Origin: Treponema sp.
GTDB lineage: Bacteria > Spirochaetota > Spirochaetia > Treponematales > Breznakiellaceae
Reading direction: 5' to 3'
Length of the DNA stretch: 52,940 nucleotides
Assembly: GCA_031288495.1 (NCBI GenBank)
Contig: JAITRH010000246.1
Span: 1 to 52,940 of the forward strand
Of this stretch, positions 44,109 to 52,916 are shown one piece after another (the stretch's first letter is position 1; each line of letters begins with the position of its first letter). A program made the translations under genes and the position numbers. The notes under the pieces were generated by a model, which did not search any database, had not been told where the DNA came from, and saw only the letters and a list, made by a program, of their open reading frames with translations.

Positions 44109-44465
44109 ATGAACAACATGAGTGGAGGACCGGAATCATTGCGGACCCTGTTAGCCCTGAACATCAAATACCGGCGAAAAGTCCTGGGGATATCCCAGGA
44201 AAAACTCGCCAAAACCGCGGAGCTTTCGGCTCAGACCGTGAACGATATCGAGGCTTGTCGTATCTGGGTGAGCGACAAGACCATCGTGAACCTCGCCAAG
44301 GCCCTCAAGGTGGAGGCGTACCAGCTTCTCCTCCCGGTCTCTGAAGCCGAAAAAGGGCTTCCCGCCCCTTCGTCAACAGAAATCTTACTCACCTTACAGC
44401 AGAAGATTAAAAATGAGATCGATATGCAATTTTATAGGATCTTGAAACCCCGGGGCTTACCGTAA
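44109..44465 (+). CDS. XRE-family helix-turn-helix transcriptional regulator, copy 2 (tandem paralogue)
   Basis: LRTLLALNIKYRRKVLGISQEKLAKTAELSAQTVNDIEACRIWVSDKTIVNLAKALKVEAYQLL. I moved the start to ATG 44109; an alternative is 44118 and the track ORF began at 43983. Confidence 0.75.
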   Translation: MNNMSGGPESLRTLLALNIKYRRKVLGISQEKLAKTAELSAQTVNDIEACRIWVSDKTIVNLAKALKVEAYQLLLPVSEAEKGLPAPSSTEILLTLQQKIKNEIDMQFYRILKPRGLP

Positions 44466-44948
44466 AGGGGGACTAGGTGAAGGGGCGCTTAGGGTATTTT
44501 CCCGGATAAGCTGAGACAAGAGCCTGTCAAAACTGTCTGCAAAGGCTTTGATCTCCCGCCTGCCGTAGGTGCGGACCCGGGTTCCGATAAGGCCGTTTTC
44601 TGCCAGGTTAAGCATAAAATCCCTGAGGGAACGGTATTCCCTCAGGTTTTCCTGGGTATACACCCGCCCCCGGTCGTCCATAACCCGAATCGACCCTTCC
44701 ACCAAACGGCAGGCCAGGGGGATGTCCCGGGTTACCGCCAAGTCTCCGGGACGGGCCAACTCGACCATACGGTCGTCCGCGGCCCCTTCCCCTTTAGGAC
44801 ACAGTTCCATCACCGCGGTGTCCCCGAGTATACCGGGGATACCGCGGTTTGCCACAAAAAACGCCCTTATCCCGGTTCTCCGGGCAGCCCGTAACACCGC
44901 TTCCCGAGCCGGGCGGGGACAGGAATCAGCATCCACCAGTATTTTCAT
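44457..44948 (-). CDS. yaiI: YaiI/YqxD family protein (UPF0178, DUF188)
   Basis: MKILVDADSCPRPAREAVL...FVANRGIP...DDRMVELARPGDLAVTRDIPLA is the UPF0178 signature. I moved the start to ATG 44948; the track ORF began at 45107 inside manA. Confidence 0.8.
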   Translation of the reverse strand: MKILVDADSCPRPAREAVLRAARRTGIRAFFVANRGIPGILGDTAVMELCPKGEGAADDRMVELARPGDLAVTRDIPLACRLVEGSIRVMDDRGRVYTQENLREYRSLRDFMLNLAENGLIGTRVRTYGRREIKAFADSFDRLLSQLIRENTLSAPSPSPPLR

Positions 44949-44979
44949 GTTTCTTCTATAATATAAAAATATAAAGAAT

Positions 44980-46200
44980 CTATAAGGAACCAGGGCCTGC
45001 CCCATAGAGGGTGTAGGTTCCGCTGAAACGGATATCTTCAGGCGTCCCTTGCGGGATGAACACCGATTCCCCTTGGGTGAGGGTCCATTCGCCTTCCCCG
45101 CTGGCAAGGGTGATGTGGAGCGTTCCCTGGGTTACGATAAGGATCCCCGGAAGGCTCTCCGGGTATTGTACCTCGTCCCCAAAGCCTTCCCTGACCCACA
45201 GGGAGAATTCTTGAGCCTGAGTCCTGAACCCTGAGTCCTGAGCCTGGAGGATCTGGGGATGAAACACGGAGAAATCCAATATATGCAGGAGTTCCTGGAC
45301 ATCCACATGCTTGGAACTTAATCCTCCCCTCAGTACGTTGTCCGAGTTGGCCATAAGCTCCACCCCAAAACCGCGTATATACCCGTGGAGGACCCCTGCA
45401 GGAAGATAGATCCCTTCACCGGGTTCGAGGGCAATCCGGTGAAGGTACAGCGGAGCCATCACCGCCGGATCCCCGGGGTGTAGTTCCGCAAAATAGGCAA
45501 TGAGTTTCCATGCTTCCGTATATGCAGGATACTCGCGGATAAGCCTCTGCTGGTGATCTTTCCCATAGGCGCTCAATGCCAGCCCTAGGGCTGGGGGAAG
45601 CGCGAAAAGCCCCTGGAGAAATGCCCGGAGGCGTTGGTCCGCAGCGCCGGTTTGCAGGGTTTGGGAGAGCCTATTCAGGGCCCTCCCCAGAGGTTCCGGT
45701 GCGGATTGAGCAAACTTCGTCAAACCTTGGACAATCTGGTCTGGTTCTTGGAATCCGCAAAGGGCCGTGAAGGGACTCAGGGCACAGATAATTTCCGGTT
45801 TATGCTGGGGATCTTTGTAATTCCGGTAAGGCGCCTCAAGGGGTATACCGAGTTGATTTTCCCGTTCCCAGCCCTTTTGAGCCTGGTCCCGGTTTGGGTG
45901 GGCTTGGATGGAAAGGGGCTTGTCCACCGCTAAGAGTTTAAACAAAAACGGCAGGGTCCCAAAGGCCCGCTGTACCGCGGTTCCTACATACAAAGCAGGA
46001 TCTTGGGCTATCAACAAGGAGAGGGGCAACAGGGTCCCCTCATATTCGGTGAGGGACGGCCCATCGGGATGAACCCCCATCCATAATTCCGCCCAGGGAA
46101 GCCCTTCAGGATTTGCCACCCTCAAAATGCGGGGAATCCACTGAGGAGATCCCCAGTCATAATGCTTAACCGGGTTTTTGAGTCTAAAAATACGATTCAT
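44980..46200 (-). CDS. manA: Mannose-6-phosphate isomerase, class I
   Basis: NPVKHYDWGS, ELWMGVHP and LPFLFKLLAVDKPLSIQAHPN are type I PMI motifs. 406 aa. Confidence 0.9.
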   Translation of the reverse strand: MNRIFRLKNPVKHYDWGSPQWIPRILRVANPEGLPWAELWMGVHPDGPSLTEYEGTLLPLSLLIAQDPALYVGTAVQRAFGTLPFLFKLLAVDKPLSIQAHPNRDQAQKGWERENQLGIPLEAPYRNYKDPQHKPEIICALSPFTALCGFQEPDQIVQGLTKFAQSAPEPLGRALNRLSQTLQTGAADQRLRAFLQGLFALPPALGLALSAYGKDHQQRLIREYPAYTEAWKLIAYFAELHPGDPAVMAPLYLHRIALEPGEGIYLPAGVLHGYIRGFGVELMANSDNVLRGGLSSKHVDVQELLHILDFSVFHPQILQAQDSGFRTQAQEFSLWVREGFGDEVQYPESLPGILIVTQGTLHITLASGEGEWTLTQGESVFIPQGTPEDIRFSGTYTLYGAGPGSL

Positions 46201-46223
46201 AGCATACCATAGGGATCCTTACC

Positions 46224-46571
46224 CTAAGGGTCATAGGATAAGACTTCATCAATACGGGCGATCAAATTCAACGCAATCTGTTCGGTTTCACGGGCTTCGG
46301 CCTCGTGTTCCGCAACTTCTCGACTGAATATGCGCTGTATTTCATCACAAAGTAAAAATCCCGTGAGAATGGCAATTTTAAGGGGATCCCGTAAACCCGT
46401 TGAATTTTGAGTACTTTCGAGGGCTAAACGGTAGTTGTTCAGGATACGTTCAAGATACACGGGATTTTCTTCGGCAGCAATAGAAAAAGAGGTCCCCAAT
46501 AGTTCAATCCGTAAATCACTTTTCATCGATCGAACGTTTTTTGCAGTTTGACCACTTTTTGACATGAACAC
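46224..46571 (-). CDS. zapA: Cell division protein ZapA
   Basis: LRIELLGTSFSIAAEENPVYLERILNNYR...LKIAILTGFLLCDE is the ZapA pattern. The start may be the internal ATG (MKSDLRIEL...). Confidence 0.7.
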   Translation of the reverse strand: MFMSKSGQTAKNVRSMKSDLRIELLGTSFSIAAEENPVYLERILNNYRLALESTQNSTGLRDPLKIAILTGFLLCDEIQRIFSREVAEHEAEARETEQIALNLIARIDEVLSYDP

Positions 46572-46574
46572 CTC

Positions 46575-46907
46575 TTACGACTGAGCCTGATCCGGGTGTG
46601 GTGTATCATCATGAGCGGGAGGGGCTCCTCCGGTTGCCGGCTCAGCAGGGGTCAGTACGTGGGAAAGGCGATCTGCTATGGCATCTTCAAAGTGATTAAG
46701 CTGATTGAGGGCAGAAAGGATCCCCTCCTCAATCTGAGCATATTCGTCTTTATAGGCTTGAATCAGCTGTTTCAGTTCTTCAATCTGTTTCTGCTGGGTT
46801 TTGGCCTGCTCTTTTAACTGACGGTTTTCCTCGCTTACCTGCTTCACAAAATCCAGGGCGCTTATCACCTTGGCTTCCAGTAATTTGACGTGATCCAGTG
46901 TGCCCAT
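46575..46907 (-). CDS. Coiled-coil protein, ZapB-like (DUF904-like)
   Basis: 110 aa with a heptad-rich region LEAKVISALDFVKQVSEENRQLKEQAKTQQKQIEELKQLIQAYKDEY. It lies between rplT and zapA. Confidence 0.5.
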   Translation of the reverse strand: MGTLDHVKLLEAKVISALDFVKQVSEENRQLKEQAKTQQKQIEELKQLIQAYKDEYAQIEEGILSALNQLNHFEDAIADRLSHVLTPAEPATGGAPPAHDDTPHPDQAQS

Positions 46908-46908
46908 C

Positions 46909-47268
46909 TTAAGCTCCCAATGCCGCTTTAGCCTGAGATACCACCGCCTTAAAGGCCGTGGTATCCTCCACTGCGAGGAAGGCGAGGGCTTTCCGGTTGA
47001 TGGTTATACCGGCCTTATAGAGGCCCGCAATAAACCGGGAATAGGAGAGTCCCTCTCCCCGGCAGGCCGCGTTAATGCGGGTGATCCACAACTGCCTAAA
47101 GTCGCCTTTCCGGTCTCTCCGGTCCCGGTAGGCATAGGACAAGCCCTTAGCCACCGCATCCTTGGCGGTTTTGTAGTTTGAATGGCGGCGTCCCCAATAG
47201 CCCTTGGCTTGTTTAAGGATCTTCTTCCTATGGTCCTTTCTTCTTGAACCGTCTACTGCTCTTGACAT
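46909..47268 (-). CDS. rplT: 50S ribosomal protein L20
   Basis: [27 protein letters not shown]...[24 protein letters not shown] is canonical L20. Confidence 0.97.
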   Translation of the reverse strand: MSRAVDGSRRKDHRKKILKQAKGYWGRRHSNYKTAKDAVAKGLSYAYRDRRDRKGDFRQLWITRINAACRGEGLSYSRFIAGLYKAGITINRKALAFLAVEDTTAFKAVVSQAKAALGA

Positions 47269-47280
47269 AACATACCGCTC

Positions 47281-47481
47281 CTATCCGTAGGGTAATAATC
47301 GTTTTTTGATTGTCTGCACATTGTCGCTGGACAATATACCTGCATGGCGGAGATTCCGCTTCCGTTTACGGGACTTCTTGGTAAGAATATGACGAAGGTT
47401 CTGTTTTTTATATTTTACCTTCCCCGTCCCTGTAAAAGAATAACGCTTGGCGGCGCTTTTCTTGGTTTTCATTTTTGGCAT
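47281..47481 (-). CDS. rpmI: 50S ribosomal protein L35
   Basis: [37 protein letters not shown] is canonical L35. I moved the start to ATG 47481; the track ORF was extended to 47610. Confidence 0.95.
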   Translation of the reverse strand: MPKMKTKKSAAKRYSFTGTGKVKYKKQNLRHILTKKSRKRKRNLRHAGILSSDNVQTIKKRLLPYG

Positions 47482-47816
47482 CTTGTTACCCTCAATGTAA
47501 AAAATGTAAAAATCCACCCCTTTCCCCACACTCGCTTGATTTGGGGAGAGGCGCTTGAAAAAGCGGTTGGAACCCCGCTTTTTCCCATAAATCCACGGGA
47601 GCTTTCCCAAAAACTGAAATTAAGAAAAGCCCCATCGTATACCTCAAAACTTCATTCTTCATCATCCTCGTGAAAAAATCAACAATGGGGTTATGGATAC
47701 TGCGGTAAACCAGGAAAAGCCGGCCCTTCTGGTATATAGACCCGGCAGGCTTCTCCCTTAAACCGTAAAACGGCAGCTTTCAAACCTGCCCGCTCTTATG
47801 GTATAGACGTACATCC

Positions 47817-48335
47817 TTATTTTTTAGACTTGGGACTCACGACCATAGACATGAACCGGCCTTCCATAGTCGGCGCCTTATCCATCACATATTCCCCTTC
47901 AATACGTTTCAGCACATCTTTGAGGACCTCTAATCCCAGTTCGGTATGGGCAAGTTCCCTGCCTCTGAAGCGGATGGTAACCTTGACCTTATTACCTTCC
48001 GCAAGAAATTCCCGTACATGCTTCGACTTGAACTCAATATCATGTTCATCGATCTTCGGCTGCATACGGATTTCTTTGAGTTTCAGCAGCTTCTGCTTCT
48101 TTTTTGAATCCCGGATCTTCTTTTCATTCTCGAATTTGAACTTACCATAATCCATGATCTTAACCACCGGTGGAACCGCCTGGGGAGCAACTTCCACGAG
48201 ATCAAGACCTTGTAATCTCGCAATCGCCAGTGCTTCCAGGGTAGGAATAATTCCCTGTTGCTCACCCTCATCCCGAATGAGGCGAACTTCCCGCACCCGA
48301 ATCTGTTCATTAATCCGTAAATCCTTATCCGACAA
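47817..48335 (-). CDS. infC: Translation initiation factor IF-3
   Basis: [45 protein letters not shown] and KPGQ...[12 protein letters not shown]-type C domain. It uses a TTG start codon at 48335 preceded by GAGGAGG. Confidence 0.95.
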   Translation of the reverse strand: MSDKDLRINEQIRVREVRLIRDEGEQQGIIPTLEALAIARLQGLDLVEVAPQAVPPVVKIMDYGKFKFENEKKIRDSKKKQKLLKLKEIRMQPKIDEHDIEFKSKHVREFLAEGNKVKVTIRFRGRELAHTELGLEVLKDVLKRIEGEYVMDKAPTMEGRFMSMVVSPKSKK

Positions 48336-48449
48336 CTGACCTCCTCGTACAGTTCCTTCAGGAACTGAAGTTCCCAGTGCAACGGGGTATGCACCGATCG
48401 CTCAAATAGTATTATAACGAATAAGCGATTCGTATGTCTAGTGGTAGCA

Positions 48450-48594
48450 TTGCCTCATCAGGATAAACCCATAGAAATTCGTATTTCCTTATAAAATAAA
48501 CCCTTAGGTGAAACGATAAAAAGCCGACTCTATTTACTAGTTCCTTATACAGTATAGAATTAATAAATTCTATGGGTTTATCCTGTTGCCTCAT
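48450..48594. mobile_element. MITE-like insertion: 127-bp AT-rich element with 18-bp perfect terminal inverted repeats and a 9-bp target-site duplication
   Basis: TTGCCTCAT (48450-48458), then CAGGATAAACCCATAGAA (48459-48476), ..., TTCTATGGGTTTATCCTG (48568-48585), then TTGCCTCAT (48586-48594). The element has no ORF. Confidence 0.8.
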
Positions 48595-49085
48595 GTAAAA
48601 TCCAACCCAAGGGGCTGGGGAATCTCATGGTAACAATCTGCCCATAGGAGATCAATACTTTCCCCCGATAACGAGCCGGGGGTACCCATGAGGCTCTCAC
48701 TATGACTCAAAAAAGACATGGGCGGATATACCCGGTCCGCGCTATCGTAAAGGGGGAAAGGCAAGGAAAAGCGCCATTCTGGAAAACCGGGTATAACCGC
48801 AAGTACGCAAGTACCCTGCTCCACCATGCAGGAAAAACCTAACTGCGGAGCATAGGTAAACAGATGGTGAAGGTCGCTATCGCCACCCAAGGACGCAGGA
48901 AACGGGTCTCCAAGAGGATTTACGATGAAGCGGTAAAAGGCCGTCCTTGCCATCTGGGACTGCTTCCACCGTCTCTGCGGTAAGCGCCTGGTTCCCCTGA
49001 TCCGGGCGAACCTGAAAGCCCTAGCCGCAGCGTTCAAGATACCCCCGGAGGTACAAGCGAAACCGGCACGGGTCAGTTCTTCCAC
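48591..49085 (-). CDS. Hypothetical protein (164 aa), possibly the 3' part of a disrupted gene
   Basis: It has a GTG start and an Arg-rich, non-protein-like N-terminus. The C-terminal 110 aa look genuine. Two further open stretches in other frames lie upstream (see findings). The stop codon lies within the MITE target duplication. Confidence 0.35.
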   Translation of the reverse strand: MEELTRAGFACTSGGILNAAARAFRFARIRGTRRLPQRRWKQSQMARTAFYRFIVNPLGDPFPASLGGDSDLHHLFTYAPQLGFSCMVEQGTCVLAVIPGFPEWRFSLPFPLYDSADRVYPPMSFLSHSESLMGTPGSLSGESIDLLWADCYHEIPQPLGLDFT

Positions 49086-49479
49086 CGTGAAGCGGTCGGG
49101 AATGGAAAGGGCATAAAGCCAAGGGAAAGGGCTCCAGTAAACTCTTCAAACAGCCTATCTCGGTCAGAACCTTCTGGTATGGGGAGGATAAAAAGGCAGG
49201 CTTTTTGCGAAATCGACACCATTTCCCCCGATGGCGGCTTCGCCCAAGGGGATTATGCCTTCACCTTAAGCCTCATCAATGTCCCTACCTGCTGGTCTGT
49301 TTTCCGTCCCCGCTCTAATGCCCCGAGCTTTCATGCCTTCTCTTCCCACCCGGAAGGCATGACCGATACTCAGTGCTCAAACCTTATGTTTCCTCATCCA
49401 TAGGTGGGAACTTATCTTGTTTTTAACGCCCTGGTACGTAAACGCATATGCCCCTAAGCCCCGGAAGTTTTCTCTATGT

Positions 49480-50472
49480 TTAGGGTACATAGCGTTTAAG
49501 GGTATTGGCCTTACCTGGAGTAACTCCACTGGTGGCGGTGATATACCAATCCTCGGCCTTGTTACGGTCAGGGGCGGTTTCATTCCGGGAAATACTCCTC
49601 GTAACCGTGGTACCCTTGGTGGGTACCGCATCGTGAGGATCTGGGGAAGGGAACCAGCCCCCTTGGCTGTTTACCCGGTTGGCAGCCTCAGCCAATTCCG
49701 CCTTGGCCCAGGAGGTATCGGAGTTTTCGCTGAGTACCACTCCATCCAGTATGCGATCATCTTGATCCAGGAAAAAGACCACATCGGTTTTTCTGAGCCT
49801 TTCCTTTGTATCAGGGACCCAAAAATCCCGGGAGTCCGGGAAGGCTTCGGTACCCTGGGAAGCACCCCGATCCGTACCGGTCTCGTTGCGGATTCCTTCT
49901 TCCAGGCTGCGTAAATGGATGACGAGGTACTCCCCGGCGCCTACCTCTACGGGAGGAAATTCAAATACCGGTTTATCCCCATTGCTGGCAATGAAGAGCC
50001 GCAAGGCTCCGAGGTTCCCGGGGCTCAGGGTTTTCAGTTCTACAAATTCCGCTTTTGGCTTGGCATACTCGGTACGAAGCTCGGTAATTATAACCGAGGG
50101 AAGCCGGTCGTTCTTGGTTCTAAACGGAACAAGCAGGTTCAGGGTATTCCGCTGACTATCTTCTACCAGCATATTCACGGTTACCGCTGCTCCCCCCTGA
50201 AGCTCCTGATTCACCATGACATCCACCTGGGTACCCTCCGTGATGGAGGTAACTTCCAGGGGAGGATCAAAGTGCAGGGATACCACCCTTACCGGAAGAG
50301 AGAATTGAAAGGATATTTCCTGGGTGGAAACCGCCTTACACCCAAGGAAGACCGGCGCTTCTGCCCTGACTCCCAGAACCTGCTGAATGGCCGATTCAGA
50401 GGAACAGGACCAACCGGTACAGAGGACTAAAGCCCCTATACCGCTGAGTATATACCCGTATTTGTTCATCAC
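49480..50472 (-). CDS. Lipoprotein with a lamin-tail-domain (LTD)-like region
   Basis: Signal/lipobox GALVLCTGWSC. VIITELRTEYAKPKAEFVELKTLSPGNLGALRLF resembles the LTD motif (INE...EfiEL.N.....dL.g). Confidence 0.5.
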   Translation of the reverse strand: MMNKYGYILSGIGALVLCTGWSCSSESAIQQVLGVRAEAPVFLGCKAVSTQEISFQFSLPVRVVSLHFDPPLEVTSITEGTQVDVMVNQELQGGAAVTVNMLVEDSQRNTLNLLVPFRTKNDRLPSVIITELRTEYAKPKAEFVELKTLSPGNLGALRLFIASNGDKPVFEFPPVEVGAGEYLVIHLRSLEEGIRNETGTDRGASQGTEAFPDSRDFWVPDTKERLRKTDVVFFLDQDDRILDGVVLSENSDTSWAKAELAEAANRVNSQGGWFPSPDPHDAVPTKGTTVTRSISRNETAPDRNKAEDWYITATSGVTPGKANTLKRYVP

Positions 50473-50705
50473 CTACCTCTAGATATGTATAAGGGCTCAG
50501 TATGGGGATTGCTTCAAAGGGCTTTTGTACCATGGCAGATGGTGAAAAAATCATCAATTATATTCAAATAAGGGTATGTTTAAACGGTGCGGCCCAGGGC
50601 AGACCCTTACAAGACCGGTATGGCTGTGTATGGTTCCGCCGGTATCCGGGCTCATCCTTTGCGTACCTTTTCTAAGTTTAGGGATTTAAGTATCCTTAAA
50701 AGACC

Positions 50706-51137
50706 ATGAATCCCCTCAGGATAGTACAACTGGATCTTCGCGCCCCGCTGGTGTATCGCAAAGCTGAGGACCTTAGCCCCTTTACCCATACCGGCTTACC
50801 GGAAGACAGCCTCTTCTGTTTTGACCTCTCCCCGGATCAGCACCTGAGCATTGAACCTGCGGAAGATCACTACCTGGGCCCAGTCCTGTTTGCAGGTACC
50901 CTGCCCCTTGATCCTGATACCCTGGCAGGACCCCCGCTCATTGAGCTTCCCCAGGGAACCTATATGTTTGCCCAAGTCCGGGAACTGCTTGGCCGGGAAG
51001 GGTTTATATGGCTGGCCACGGAGGTACAAAAGGAAGGGCTTTGGCAGCGCCTGACCCTGGAAAGACGGCTGTATCTCCGGTATCTTGTGGAAGAGGGAAA
51101 AACCATCACCCAGGTTTTCCGGCCCTATAGGGCATAG
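50706..51137 (+). CDS. Hypothetical protein (143 aa)
   Basis: Clean ORF, convergent with the next gene. No motif recognised; it might be a GyrI-like effector-binding fold. Confidence 0.45.
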   Translation: MNPLRIVQLDLRAPLVYRKAEDLSPFTHTGLPEDSLFCFDLSPDQHLSIEPAEDHYLGPVLFAGTLPLDPDTLAGPPLIELPQGTYMFAQVRELLGREGFIWLATEVQKEGLWQRLTLERRLYLRYLVEEGKTITQVFRPYRA

Positions 51138-51138
51138 C

Positions 51139-51972
51139 CTACAGGACCACCGCTTCCACCATATACCGGATATCGATCCCCTGGTCCCCTTGTTTTCTCA
51201 TTTCAATCACAAATATGAGGGACGTGTACTGGGGAGCGGCGATTACCTTCTTAACCCGATAGGAGCTAATCAGCGGCCGTTTCACCTGGGGAGTCCCTAC
51301 GGTATAGAGAATCCTCGAACGGTCCTTCTGGACCCGCTCAAGGGCAATAAAAAAAGAGGATTTTAAATCAGGGCCGCTGCCTTCAATAGCAGGTACCAGT
51401 TGCGCCTTGTAGGAAATTGCAGGTTCAAAATCACGGAATTCTATGGTTTCTCCTGAAATCCCCCCATCCACCCCATTCAGAGAAACGTACAGGGCATGCC
51501 CCAACAGCAGGTAATCGATCCCGTAGCGATCCGCCAGCGCGGTATTCCGGGAAAGGATACGGTACAAGGCCCCGGAACCATCCTGGCCTGCATGTACCGG
51601 GCTATCATGCACAAAGGAAACCCTGCCGCCGCTTACAAAGGCATTCTTAGATACATCCACCGCAAATAAATCCGCCCAGGGCCGTAAGGTTTTCTCTTGG
51701 ACCCCATACTGGGCAAACATATAGGTTTTTCCATCCGGCGAAAACCCCAGATCCACATAGGATGCAATATCTCCTGCCCATAAACAGGAGCCGCCCAAAC
51801 AAAAAAGCACCCCCAGGATGATGGGGTGAGCACATCCTCTGCTATAGGGTATGGGCTTTTTACCCTCCGGATAGGTACCGGCAGGGTACGTTTTAGCTGC
51901 GGGTATGTGCTTTCTCCACCGGGGACAGGTACGTTCAGCCATAAAAGCCTCCTTTTGAAACAGTTTCACCAT
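51139..51972 (-). CDS. Hypothetical secreted protein, DUF2259-like
   Basis: It has a hydrophobic anchor or signal (PIILGVLFCLGGSCLWA). LGFSPDGKTYMFAQYGVQE...DGSGALY resembles the DUF2259 pattern. The real start is probably an internal ATG. Confidence 0.4.
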   Translation of the reverse strand: MVKLFQKEAFMAERTCPRWRKHIPAAKTYPAGTYPEGKKPIPYSRGCAHPIILGVLFCLGGSCLWAGDIASYVDLGFSPDGKTYMFAQYGVQEKTLRPWADLFAVDVSKNAFVSGGRVSFVHDSPVHAGQDGSGALYRILSRNTALADRYGIDYLLLGHALYVSLNGVDGGISGETIEFRDFEPAISYKAQLVPAIEGSGPDLKSSFFIALERVQKDRSRILYTVGTPQVKRPLISSYRVKKVIAAPQYTSLIFVIEMRKQGDQGIDIRYMVEAVVL

Positions 51973-52082
51973 TTGACCCTTTGAAACAGCCTCTATTCCT
52001 TACTTATTATCGGAAGAAACCGATACCCCTTAAGCGGTCTGAGGGCTTGAGTTACCCCGCCGTGGCGGCTTATGCTTAGGGT

Positions 52083-52916
52083 ATGACTTTGCCAGAACGG
52101 AACACCCTATTCAAAGGGGAAATAGGTATCGCTTTCCTGATCCTGATTGGGGTGGGTATCGCCGCGTGCTCCATAATGCCGGTTTATCCTGCGGTACTGG
52201 CAGCAATAGCCCGGCGGTCTTCGGGAATGTTCCAGTCCCTGGGGGCGTATTTCTTAGAGCCCAACCCTTATGTGCCCTTTGTGTCCATGCTTTGCGCCAT
52301 GCTCTACGGGTGCATCACCATGGTGATTATTTACCGGTACTTTGAAAAAACCTATTCCCCGGAGATTCTCTACATTGCCCTGTTTGTGCTTTCTTTTGCA
52401 CTGGAGGGCAGCCGTATCATGGTGCCCTTAAAGCTCAAATACGAACTTCCCGGTGTGTACCTCATCATGGCCTCAAGGGTCCTCCTCTTTGGCCGGTATC
52501 TGGGTATTCTTTCATTGTTTGTAGCCAGTGTGTGCGCCGCAGGGCTGGAAGTCCAGAAACAACATATCATGATCGGGATCATCATCTTTAGTACCCTGAT
52601 GATTACCCGGGGCGTTCCCATTGACGGGCTTTCCTGGGACAGCAGTTTCTGTATGATAAGCGGGTATCCTGCCATGTTCAGAATCCTTGAAGGGGGCATG
52701 GCCTTAATAACCGTGGTGAGCTTCTTTATTTCAGCCTATTCCAGGGGGGCTAAGGAGTATATTTTTATCGGTATCGGTTCCCTCCTGGTTATGGCGGGAA
52801 GGAACATGCTCTTAGGGGCGGATACCTGGATAAGCCCCTTCCCCGGTTTGGGGATCCTTTGTATAGGAACCTGGGTTATCTGTACCTACTTGCATCGGGT
52901 ATACCTCTGGTTGTAA
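52083..52916 (+). CDS. Hypothetical multi-pass integral membrane protein
   Basis: 277 aa with about 8 hydrophobic segments. No family recognised. Confidence 0.55.
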   Translation: MTLPERNTLFKGEIGIAFLILIGVGIAACSIMPVYPAVLAAIARRSSGMFQSLGAYFLEPNPYVPFVSMLCAMLYGCITMVIIYRYFEKTYSPEILYIALFVLSFALEGSRIMVPLKLKYELPGVYLIMASRVLLFGRYLGILSLFVASVCAAGLEVQKQHIMIGIIIFSTLMITRGVPIDGLSWDSSFCMISGYPAMFRILEGGMALITVVSFFISAYSRGAKEYIFIGIGSLLVMAGRNMLLGADTWISPFPGLGILCIGTWVICTYLHRVYLWL

